Shown one piece after another: positions 48,001-60,972 of a stretch of DNA of 64,000 bases. The stretch is from Diadema antillarum (taxonomy: Eukaryota). The notes under the pieces are model-generated. The model ran no database searches and was not told where the DNA came from. It was given only the letters and a program-made list of their open reading frames with translations. Position 1 is the stretch's first letter, and every line of letters begins with the position of its first letter. The position numbers and the translations under genes are program-made. The DNA is taken from the NCBI RefSeq assembly GCF_040938485.1, contig NW_027271492.1, positions 1,984,001-2,048,000 of the forward strand, given 5' to 3'.

Positions 48001-51000
48001 TATCCCGTAAGTTACTATTCTATAAATCCTAGTTTTCTCGTCAAATAATTGATCATAACATTCTTATAAAAAGTAGTTGTCTGCATTGCACACCCATGTA
48101 ATATGGAAGATAAATCATGAATGAAATATTATTGCAAGAATGAGTCGGCGACAGATTTTAAGTCCCCGAAAAAAAAAAATCACATGCGCACACAAACCGT
48201 GTGTAAATGCCTCAAAAAAAAAACCCAGCAACCTGTATATTACTCTTCACCGCCCTTCATACTCTCGTATGTCATGTATGTTGGAATAATCTGACAGATT
48301 ATTTCCGTGATAAACTCCCATGAGCGCTAACAGTCACTGAGGGACAGAGTCAATATTATGGTCAATTAAATCCTGTCCGTTACGTCAAATTGTGTGTATG
48401 TATGGCGACAGATAAGGACGACATACGCGTGTCGCGCTTTTTTTTTTTCCTTAGCATCCATGGTCACTATCTAGGAAAAGGACATAGGATCTTATGTAAG
48501 AGAGAGAGAGTGGGGGGGGGGGGGAGGGAGACACGGAGGACGAAGAAACATGAGTGCGCATGCGCGCAACAACCGAAACATCCGTGAACGTGACGTTGGG
48601 GATGCGCGCGCATCACCCCGAGCACGTGACGCTATGACCCACTAATGACTGACTTACCGTATATGACCTGGATGCCGAGCCTGTCGTCGAGAGGAAGCTT
48701 GAAGTCGGGAATGTAACCTTTGTCCCAGGGCCACATAAGAGAGGACCTGTCTTTGGAGTGGTCAAGACCGAGTGCGTGTCCGATCTCGTGGGCGGCGGTG
48801 TAGAAGAAATTCACTCCTGAAGGGGGAAAAATAATACAAGTATGAATATAGACCCATAGTCTAGAGGTAATCACGTTCATGTGTAATCACTAAAAAAATA
48901 ATGTATCACACTTTCTCTCGGGATTGGAAGTTTCAATCTAATACAAACTTACTGATAAGGACAGTTTTATCATTATAAGACACTTAGATTTTGTGTGTAT
49001 ATCATACTGGGATTTTTTTTTGCTGTGTGTATATTCTGTTTTAAACACATCAAACATAATGTGGGAACTTTGATAAATTATAATTACGAGATCCTCCGAT
49101 GCCAGGGAAATGATGCAATAATGTCAAGTATACCAATGACTTCAGTCGGTACAAAGGCACGGTCATGATAACACGCACGAATCTCTATCTCCCTCGAAGC
49201 CAATCTCATGTAGACACACTTAGCCTTCCTTCCTTCCTCGGAAAACGGGGGGGGGGTGGATTTATAATAATTACAGAGAAGGAGACCGAGTGGAGAAGGG
49301 GGTTCACATTGAACTGTCCGAAGAAATGCCTTGAGCCCTTTTTCCAACAGGCTTGGCGACCATAGTGACCCACATTGCCTTCCAAGAAAGCACTTGACGC
49401 CTCACAAAGGCCGTCTTGGTCTCACACACTATAGCAGCGGACACGGTCTTTCTTAAACCCACTCCCGATTCCAGCAAAAAAAGGTGAACTTGAGTAAAGT
49501 TTCGGGAAACGGTATGAAAAATCAGCAACACGAGTTAACTTCGATTGAAAAAAAAGAAGAAATAAAACATCTGCGTGATACACTCCTATCATTATTATTC
49601 GCATGAAAGCCCTGGACAATCGTTATATCGCCTTATAGCCTATTGCACTTTGATAATATGATGACTGGCAATCGAGGGAATGAAAAAACAAAATCATAAA
49701 AATAGTGAAGTTGGCAGTGTACGCTGAACGGAATCCTCAGCAAGTTTAGAGATTTTCGTCAAATTTCTTTGGCTGCAAGACCAAAACATAATATGAAGAC
49801 ATATGTCTATAGCCAGTCATGTAACCTGTATAATTTTTTCAAGAGGGTGAAAGAAAATACAGACGATGGGCCCTGTTGCATAAAAGTTTAGACCAAACAT
49901 AAGTCAGAAAATCAAACATAAGTCTATAAATATTCAGTTCTGATCGGCTGATAATGGACTTATGTTTGATTTTCTGACGTGATGTTTGATTTCATCTTTT
50001 TATACCACAGGGCCCGGCAGTCATGTAACGATATTATCACATGAGGGTTTCGCGGCAGGCCTTCGAATTTACCTGCTCTCATCTTATGCGTGTAGTTTTC
50101 GTCGTCGTCGAAGTGGACGTCGCCGTTCGTCAGCCCCCATCCGCTGTTGGGCGTGAAGGCATGTGCGAGGGTTCCGCCCTCACCGTCGAAGGCTGGGTCG
50201 CCGTATACTTCCGTGTGACGTCGGCTTCCGAACAGCAGCTCGATATCGGCGCGGCCTTCAAAGATTTCCACGAATCTGATGACAGAAAAAAAAAATACAA
50301 CAAAACACCTGAATACAATATTGTTGAAGTTTCAGGCCATTACCTTTCGGGGAATAATCCAAATTACAAGACATCCCAGAAAAATATACTGATCTTGATC
50401 TGAAATTATGACTCACGAAAATAAACAAATGTATTGGTGCAATTCAAATCATATCAATAGCAATGTTGAGTATGGAGCTACCACTAACTGAGGAAGGTTG
50501 GATTATCCCTACAACAGTCATGCATGCAAAGAAAGCGTTGGTATATAGGTATACACTTCCTTTTCTCACTTCGAATCAATTAATAAGCATCTGTAAAGAA
50601 TAACTTTGGTATAGATATGTTACCAGGTATGCGTAAGTTTTGAATAGTTAAAGCCCGTTCGATCGCAGCAGTTTTATTGACTAGTCTCAGTGCCAGTCTC
50701 CGGCGGTTTTACATCAGATGAAATCTAATCCGGCCCATTCTGTTACGACATCAAAGTGTGAGTGCCTTCTAACACTTCCCATCACGTGTCTTCCGGTTCA
50801 TTTCCTATTGTATAGTAAGCGATCTCTTGATAAAGTTTCCCATTCTTCGTCTTTTTTCTTCTTCCTAGGTAATCGCTCGATTATCGCTACACTATAGTAT
50901 AATAGCTGACAATATGGTATTTACACTTGAACCGTATATGAGTCACGCGCGCGGAAATGTCCCGTAATAGTCTGCCTAATCTACCGACACCAGTCACGTG

Positions 51001-53531
51001 ACATCGTGCCTATATTCATGAAGATACTCTGCATTGTTAAAATTCAGAGAAATGGGATGCAAAATACGTCAAAGGAGATAAAAAAGAGAAATGTCCACAA
51101 GTGAACTGATATTGGCACGATCCTTTGCACTTTGTAAGTTTGAATCTTGATTCGGACATTAATTTTATAACGAATGACCTTTTGTTAAACCCCTTTCTTG
51201 GTAAGAGTGAATCACATCCCGTTTTGTGCTTTGTATTCAAGTCAATGCACCTCAAGAAAAACAATGGATAGCGAGATCGAATTTTCTCAAACTAATATGA
51301 TTTAAGGCGTACTACATTGAGTAGAATGGATACGTTTTCTTCTTTTTCGTTGTACTTTCCATTACACTTTTCCCATCGGGCGTAAATTAATGAGTCACAT
51401 GTTCAGCAAGTCAAAGCTAATATTCCTAGACGTGTTGCACACGTCATGCTAGTATGTTGTACATAGAGAGATTGGATTAAGTCGCGCTTTCCCATAATGC
51501 AACCAACAGAGTTTGAACTTTCAAGGATGAAAATACAGGCTTCAGAAATCAGTGGTCAAATGGACAAGCATGACCGGAGAAAGGTCAATTAGATCTTGAT
51601 ATCACAACATGGGAGATGCGATTTCTTGGAAGCAACTATAGGGCAAAAACGAAACAAATATAGGGGAAAACAAAAACAAACCCGGTTGTGTCATTGAGTA
51701 ACCTTTGATCATAATATCTGCACTTTCATTAGGTGATAATTATACCACGAGTCTCAGCTGTCGCACTTTCATAGAATGGGCAGTATCACGATTTGCAAAC
51801 ATAGATTTGATATATATACCTCTCATTCAGCATCAGGTATATTGGCAGAACACATGCGCATTTGAAAATACTTGTTTGATATTTTCATACGGCACGGTAC
51901 GGGAGACACAAATAAAACAAACAAACAGACAAACAAACAAACAAGCAAACGTAACAAGTCGCTTTATCCTATCAGACTTTACCAAGGTGTCCATGTTCCT
52001 TACCATATTGATTATACGTAAAAATGATTATAATGCAGTCGATCTGTTATCTCACATGTGAGCGACTTGTCTTCGTGTTTTATCTTATAAGAAATTCTGC
52101 CCGCATCTGTGTTGTAATATTTTATCAAGTGTATTATACTACTTTTTTTTTTCCTTTGGTCGTGACCACAGAGTTTTGACATTGTACGTGCTATTGGGTC
52201 AATTATGTTTTTAATTGTTGTAAGTCGTGGAATTGAAGCTTTTGCTAATACGGAGACCCGTTTCGGACTAAGGGTGGTGGTTTGTTAGGGGCAGAGACAC
52301 GTTTTCATCGTACGTGCTGCCCGTTTGGCTGTTGTAAGATTTCAGTCCATAGATAGAGCACGATCCGGACCCTCGTAATCCTTTTGTACGATGAAATTCA
52401 AGAGAAATTAGGTCAACTGCCCTCAGCCAGCTATAAATGTAGAAGTAGATGAAGATTGGCAGAGGTATAACCCTGTCATATATGGGGGACATTTGGGGAA
52501 ACGAGTGCTTGGAAACAAGAAAAAAGGTGTTGTTTTATTGATATCTTATATCCCATTTTGATTAAAGATATACATTTAATTTTGGACCTTGGTTTTTATT
52601 GCTTTGTTTTGATATCTATGTGAGCTCTTTGGAAGGTGTTTTTGTTTATATCTTTAAAATAAATTCATTCAGGTTTTCATGACACTGAAACTGAAATCTC
52701 ATTCAGATATTCTGTTACTCAGTTTACTAAGTTTTGTCTGTGCCCACATATCTTAGACAAATAAAAATTAGTGACATTAATGTGCATGAAGTAAATGGAG
52801 ACCTGCTCATCACCCGAAGATCGCTAGTGATCACACAGAGTTGACAAACTTTTCTTGCTCTCTATACTTTCAAAATTCATAGCTTTTTAAAGTCAGTGTT
52901 AGCCTTCCTTTTTGGTCAAGTTTTCATTGATTTTATACTTCTCTGATTCTTCTGTTTCCATAACAACGCAATATCATATCATGGAGGGGAAATGTTATTT
53001 TACTGTTTGTTTGTTTGTTTGTTTGTTTGTTTCTGATCACTTTGCTCATTTTCGTATAGATTACGAAGTGCCTGCAATCAGTTTGATTGACGTGATACAA
53101 ATCCTTGAATCTGGAGCTGAATCCTTACAAGTGGCGAGCAAATGCAGCGTTTTGATTCACAGCTAATGACATAAAAGACTCATGACCTTATGAGAAATAA
53201 TAGCCCACGCACATGACACAGCCCATCAAAGCACTACGGTGTCCTCGAAGAGATAATCTCCTTTCGCTTCACCATTCTCTTTCGGAGCTGCTTGTTTGTT
53301 GTCGTGGGTAGAACTGTATCAGCTCGGCTTCCGAACGCTGATCATGCGTGCCATCCTTGTATGTTTAGGCGATTGTCTACCTTTTATTACACGAAAACAT
53401 TTTCACTCTGATTGAAAGCGCTGATGCAAACAGACCAATGGATAAATAACATTACTTATTGCTTGTATATGTCACAGCAACGATTAGCTATCGTTTTACA
53501 AAATATGGCACATGTTGTGCAAACAGGGTTT

Positions 53532-53563
<32 letters not shown>

Positions 53564-56500
53564 TTATTGTTGTTGTTTTTTCTTCTTTTTCTTCTTGTTG
53601 TTGTTGTCGCTTTCATAAGAGTTGAATTAAATGCATCCACCAATCTCAGACAGGGTCAGAAGTTTTTATTTTTCTTTTTTTTTTCTTTTTTCTTAATACC
53701 AACTTAACAAAGAAGCCAAACATTACGATCAAAACGATTACCATCCATTATCTTGGACTCTATACTAGTGGGCATTCCCTGGGCCAGAAGAGTGTGCGTG
53801 TCGGTCAAGTTATAGAATTTAGCTCTGCCCATTCCCCAAACACAAAGGGACTCCGCTGCCCCTGACTCATCAATCTATGGCATAACTGTCAAAGCTTTTG
53901 TAAATTCAGGGCTTTGATATCTAAAAGCTTTCCATAGACCTTTGAGACTTTGAAAAAGAAGAGAACACATAACTATAAGAATTATTATCAAAATGGTATT
54001 ATCATGGTTTGTTGACCCCTTGATCTGACCTGGACTACTGGACCACTCTCTGGTTCTAGACAAGATTATGTTTAAATGCTTTATAATTGACTCTAAATGG
54101 AGTTCAAGTAAGTTGGTCTGTTTAAAAGGGTAATTTTGGGTTCATTCTATTTGGGGCAAACCATAGACATCCAACCATAGACAGAAAATAAAATCCTAAG
54201 TGGTGTCAAAAGAGCGATGTTGAATGCACGACAGCTTTGGTGAATGAAATACGGTTAGTGTGGCGCTGGAATGGGAAATACAGGTATACGAATACACTTT
54301 ATGTCCAGTGCACGCATCAAAAAGGAACAGTATTAAACTTGAATGAAAATCTGTCATGGTCGTTCTACAATCATATCCATACACCATTATAGATATAGGC
54401 CTGCCGCATTTTCTGTTCAATGTTTCTTCTTGAAATGGCTAGTTGATTTTATACATTGTTTATGCTCTTTCACGTCTAAAAGTATTTCAACTTAACTGAA
54501 ATAGGAAAGTATAGGTAAAGAACGTTGGTAATCAATCGGTTACTGAGTATTGGGTCTGTTAATCTGATGTATGTCATCCTGAATAAATGCCTCCATTATA
54601 GAATATCATAAAAGAAAAAACGTAATAGTAATGGTTGCATTATAATGATCTTCATCATCACTACTATGATTGCTCTTTAGTTTCCATCTCTAAGCAATCC
54701 CTCAACTTGCTGCTAAACAACGTGATAAAGACAGCTGCAAAGTAAAGTGGGTGTGTATTTCCCCCACTATCTATATCCCCCACTGCCTTAACTCCTCTAA
54801 AGTCAGTGAGTCAACACATTACAAGTATACTATTACATCAATCGATACAGCAGAACGTAAACCAGTTATCCTATTATCATTTCCACCTCGTTGCCTTCGC
54901 AACCTGCACAACTTTTTTTTTTCTTTTGAGACCGCGACCTCTACAGTCCTGTGATGGTGAGAGGGAGGCTAGACTATCATCGATCGGTGAAAGCCGCGAA
55001 TCTTTTGTCTTTTCATCAGTGTGTAAGTGGCGCTACACAAGATTGAAACAATATGGCTTTGGCGATTTTTACGCTCAGCGTGACATGGTGAGATCGTCTC
55101 TATTGTCTAAACTTTTTTTTTTTTAAATGTGAGTGGTAGTTCCACCGCCACAAAGGTCATTGCCCACTAGTCTTATTCCATGCGCCAGGATCGATTATCC
55201 TAAAATTTTAATTATATTCATGAAATGGAAAACATTGTTAATATTACATATTTAGCTGAGGGTATTGTGCCAAATAAAAAACAACATCAACAACAATGGG
55301 AGGGAGAGGGAGGAAAAGGGCTGGGTTGGAGTAAATAACGACAGCTGGGAGAAAATCGATATCTTATAGTTTTCTTTATTTTTTATTTTTTGTCTCGATC
55401 AAGACTAATTCAGCAAGAGACTATTGACCATAAATCCATATTGCTCAACCTATTAACAGGAAAGCCAAACGGGACAGTCAAATCACAACTTGCTTTGAAT
55501 ACCAGCACAATGTACCGTCAAATTCATACAACTAAGGGTGGGTGGTAGTGGTAGTGGTGGTGGGGGGGGGGGGGGGGGGGGGGGCTAGTAAATGGTCCAG
55601 AATCTGATGATTATATCCGTAATGATACCTCAAACTGAATTGGGATGACCTTATACAATGTCACCGGAGAAGACCAAAATATAAGTCAATTAGCGGAGTG
55701 GATGGGAGAAGCTTAATGCTCCTACTATTAATTCAAATTGGAATAGACCTCCCCATTTGACGTTTATGTTGTTTGATAAAATGGTTGAGTCATAATCGGT
55801 TTGAAACATCTAGGGATCAAGACTACTGAATGGAGAGTCAATCAGTGTTCAAATAAGAAAGCAATTTAATTTTCTGCGTCACAGAAGTCATATTGCGACA
55901 GACGATTTGCATACAAACGTTACGCCCCGTACATCAGCAAAAAAAAAGTGCCTTCAAAGTAATGATTATAGTGTAAAACGAAAGAGAAAACAGCATGATT
56001 TTTTTTCTCTCTCTGAAGATTTGACAATTACTCCACTCACTACGATAATAAGCAAGCCGCTGGCATCTCTTACAACAAACATTTTCTATTCAGATCTATT
56101 TGAATTCAGTCATCCAATTTTTCATAACATTGTATGCAAATATGGCCCTTAAACTTATACTTTAACAGAAGTAACTAAAGGGGTGTTTCTGCTCCTAATG
56201 AAAAGATTGCAATTAGTTTTTTTTAATATATAACACTGTCACGAATATATGATTTAGAAATAGATGATGTCAATTATATCCTATAGTCTTGTATGCTGAT
56301 AATAATATGTCCGAACCCGATAACCACAAGTCCTACTATTTTGTTACACTTACAATGTTTTTCATTGTTATTATCAAAAGAACTGGCATTAGCGATGAGA
56401 ACGAACGAAAATAATTTTGCTGAAAGCAATACAACTCATGAAATGGGAAGTATTCTAAATATAGGAAATACCAGTTTTTATTTCATGAAGTGTTTCTTGG

Positions 56501-59500
56501 GAAACAGGCAAAATAATGACGTCTATCTTTATCGTACTCAACGAAAAAGTTCGCTCAACTTTACGTCCCTTCTTGTTCGAGTACGCATTTAAAGATTGAA
56601 ATAACATGTCGAGAGAATGACTGTCCGATTTTTTTCCCCAACTCCACTATCAAAAACCGCAACGCCACAAACCCTCAACCCATGCGCAAAACGAAATCAC
56701 ACAAAGGCGCGACAATGGACAATGGCATGGACTTGGAAACTGGCGAAGACAACAGTCTTAATACACAACTTTGCTTGTGTTATGTTTGTATGTGTTGCCT
56801 ACACGTGTGTTTATGTGTGTGTGCGTGTATTCTTTTGACGTTATCTCTTGTCATTCCTTTGACATTAAGTCAGCGGGCTATTTTCGTTCCCCATTCAAAG
56901 ACGAAAAACTTGTTTTTCTACTTTGCGCATTACCGAGATACAATGAGAGATGATAAGTAGCAACAGGAGCACTTAAAAGTGTACAAAGCATGCTAAGTAC
57001 CATAATACAGAATTTTGTTTTCAACCTGTCTTTGTGTTCTAAATTGCCCCCATCCCAAACCATTAACGATATATCTGACTAATAGCTTGTTCTTTGTGGT
57101 GCTGAACCTTTAATGGACTGTGACAGGTCCTTTTGAAGAAAATAAGTCAATGCAGGATGCTTCTTACTTTTTTATTCCAGTGAATACATCTGGTATTACC
57201 TTTTAGTTTGCACTAAGTCTTTTGTTGAGATATTTTTCGGCGTAATTGAACGGATAGTTACTGGGATGGAAATATAATACAGTATAGTGTGAAGGGTTCT
57301 CATTTTCATGAATAGATTGTAATTATTGAATAGGTTATTGTCCATGTTCCCTGCCCCTTTTTACTTATTTCTAGTTTTCAAGGAAATCCGGAAAGATGAT
57401 AGTTTTCATTTACCTCCGTCATTTTTTTTTTTTTGCTTTCTTAGTAGTGGGGATTAATTTAAAAAAGAGAAAGAAAAGTCGGCCAAATAAAGTGAAATGA
57501 CTAAATCATTAACAGCTTGAGTTGATTGTTCTCATCTGTGTTATTGCATGAATCCTCAACTGCAAATGCGGGACGCAAACTAAATACCGATTAACGTCAT
57601 CAGTGTTTCTTTTCCCACTATAATTGCTGTCGCGTGACCTCTTGAGAACATGCGCCCACATCTGTTATTGTTAGTGCAAAGGCTTCGATCATCTTTTCTA
57701 CGTTTAGTTACACCATCGTTATCACTTAATAACCTCAGAGAGTAAGGAAACATAGAATATCCACAATCATAGCGTGTCTAAGATGGTGGGCAATTATATG
57801 CTAGTATCTTTTTTAACCTGATTATTGGATGTTTTTATTATCTCGAAGACAATAAGTGCTGAGAGCAGCGCGTAAAGACTTCAGGATCTTGAGCCAACAA
57901 GCCAAACACTGAATCAAGATCATGAAATGAAGCGAAATAAAAGCCGTTGATGCTTGCTCCTCTGGTGCTAAATGAAAATCCGTCATCAGGGTTACCCATG
58001 ATTGAGTGAGACCTAGACTGGGGCTTCCTGATCTACATTCTTTAGAGGAACACATGACGCATCACATTAAACAATGACAAGGAATTTCAGGGCTGCACCA
58101 GTATCGAATTGTCATGAAAAATAAACTGTCAAATAAATAGAGACACCTCGGAGTATGTATGGATAAAACTTTAATACTATGGTATCGGATATCTACCTCT
58201 GCTTCCTTTCAAAACGATAGCACATCACTTTTCTCACCATGCCCAATTATCACTTCATACCTTGCAGTTTTTAATCGCTTTTGTGCTTATATTGTAGCAT
58301 TCTGCCATTCTATTTTCGTTTTATCTGACATGCATAATCTCCTAATGGATACTCCTTCTTGCGTTTGTTTTTAAATAAGTATAAATAAATGAATTCATTT
58401 ATTTTCTCTCTATATCTATCTATCTATCTATCTACCTACCTACCTACCTACCTGCCTATCTATCTATCTATCTATCTACTCTCTAAAAAAAATCGAGTAA
58501 AAATTTTCACTCTTGAAGGAGTGAATACAAAAAAAAAGTGAATTTCGAGTGAAATTGGAGTGAATTTCGAGTGAACGTATTCATTTTCACTCGTTTTAGA
58601 GTGACGTCAGGGATCACTCCAAAATCTTCGAGTGATCCCTGAAGTCACTCCAAAATGAGTGAAAATGAACGTTTTCACGCGAAATTCACTCCAATTTCAC
58701 TCTAAATTCACTCTTCTTTTGTATTCACTCCTTCAAGAGTGAATATTTTCACTCGATTTTTTTAGAGAGATATCTATCTAAGTTCCGTCATCTTGACCTC
58801 TGCGCACTTACGTTTTGTTTGGTTATGTTTTCAAAGTCACGAAGCTTCTAAAAATAAATTTAATCTATTTGTCACTAAATGGATGTTGGAGCTGTTTGCT
58901 TTGTCTTTTAATACTTTGTAATTCCTCCCTCTGTTAAAACACACGGATTCTCTCTATATTTGTGTATTGAGGATCGTTTATCTCGGGACGACGTCTTATT
59001 GAAGAAAGATTGTTTGCGTTCATCAAGCTGAATTACATTCGGCAATGAGATAAAGTTTGCAAGTAACGGTCATATTATGAGGTCAGCGTTAATCATTTCT
59101 GGAATTTGTCCCGCCACGCACGTTGAGTCATTAAAGACAATGTCTGTTTGGTTAGTGAGCTCCGTCGTGCATTCCTTGATGGCTACTCATGTTTTGAAGA
59201 GGGGGGGGGGGGAGGAAGAAATCGATTTTTAAGTCGACTGGTCATCGCTTGCCCATTCGCAGAATCCAAACAGTGGTCCCGAATGGTCAAGATGGACGAA
59301 ATTTGCTGACCCGAGAACAATGACAGCCATTCGAAACAATAAAAACAAAGGGCGTTGTTTGTTGGAGTAGTATATGTTTCATCGAAAACATTCAACGTTT
59401 CTTATCATGGTTATTTATAACTTGATGATTATGTCTTTGGTAGAATAAGCCCGTTGCCCTCTGACTGCAGTAGACGCATTAATACACTAGTCGAAAAAAA

Positions 59501-60924
59501 AAAAAAAACCCGAGAATCAATAGGAGAGTTCACAAATCAAATAAAGGCTTATTAATGCTTATAGCAATGATGCTTTTATCTTAGTGAAAAATAATAAAAA
59601 CAAACACCCCCTCCCAAAAAAACAACAACAACAAAAAACAAAAAACAACGAATAAACAAACAGTGATTTTCGGGCAAAATGACAGTCCATCAGATAAGAT
59701 GCGTGTTTTCTGGCCCATAGTAATACCTAACTACTTGAGTAATACAATCTTTGTGTGTCCACTGCAATGAGGTATGCGCATATTACGCAGTTGTGCTGAC
59801 ATCACAACAAATAAGAAAATATTTACAGAGCTACTTACAAGAGGGGGGGGGGATTCATACTCATACTCTTTTGAAGAAAATAATAAAGAGTTTTATGAAT
59901 AATTCTATAATCCATTCATCTTTTCTACTCCCCCACAAAAGTATTGCGTCGAATTCCATGTTAATGGAAATTGTGAATGGTGCCATTATAATTATAAGGA
60001 CGCAAATGACGTGCGAGCTACAAGTTCTACAACTTTATTTGAATTGTAAGTGCAGGAGTTTGAAGAGCAAACGAACGAACTCGAAACCCAGCCCCATAAC
60101 AAACAATGTCTGCAACAGCGTAGTAATGTTTTTGTTTGCTTGCTCAACAACTATCGTGTCATTCTTGGCATTCCATACACTTCAACACAACACTCAATTG
60201 ACAGAGCGATATCTGTTTTGGGACACTTCAGTTCTGGGTACGTCTATTGTTTAGCTGACAACAACCGAGGAATTTAGAAGTTTGGAACTTTCATCACAGT
60301 TGAATGGTTGTAATCTGTATAAGATGTTTCTATTTTGAAGTTCCTTTTGCGTTTGTCACCGCAATCTATTTTTTTTTTCGTTCAAAGCTAATTGTATAGA
60401 ACCTGAAGGATTTGACGTAATAATGTGTCACATTTGTGCTATTAATTTGTCCTACCTCTCCAAATTTTAGAATAGCAGGGAGTTATGTTCACTTTCTTTC
60501 ATGCTTTTTTTTTATGCAGTGACTTCGTGTAGACATCTGTTGGCCAGTATGGTACGCACACACTGGGTATGACGACTCAACAAAGCTCGAAAAATTAAAC
60601 CATTCAACAAACAATATTTTGTTTGTTTGGGGTTTGGGTTTTTTCTCAAGCGAATGTCGTCTGAGAGAGGACGTATTAAACTCAAAATCCAACATTATAC
60701 TTCGGTACATCGTCGATTCACCGAATGCTTTACTGAATAGGCCCGCACTATAGCGAAGCAGAGATTTTCTGCTGTTCTGTTTTATTACAAAGCGCGCCTC
60801 CTATCCTTATTCTTAAGACAATCGTTTCCCCCTTCCAAATCAAAAGGTGCATATCCTATAGACATCAATAGAACACAGTTGCTGAAAGGATCACAAGCCT
60901 TCCTGCAAATTATCTAGATGCATA

Positions 60925-60972
<48 letters not shown>

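Noticed and set aside
53324-53336. 13-bp match (tcggcttccgaac) to MMP exon 3, considered as a duplicated exon remnant
   Set aside because: The similarity does not extend in either direction and the translation is not MMP-like.
54240-54400. LNENLSW..HI peptide resembling a LINE RT C-terminal motif
   Set aside because: A single short motif with no convincing flanking RT motifs; it needs a profile search to support.
59751-60254. 167-aa plus-strand ORF in MMP intron 2
   Set aside because: No recognisable domain, no canonical start and no splice support; includes low-complexity stretches.
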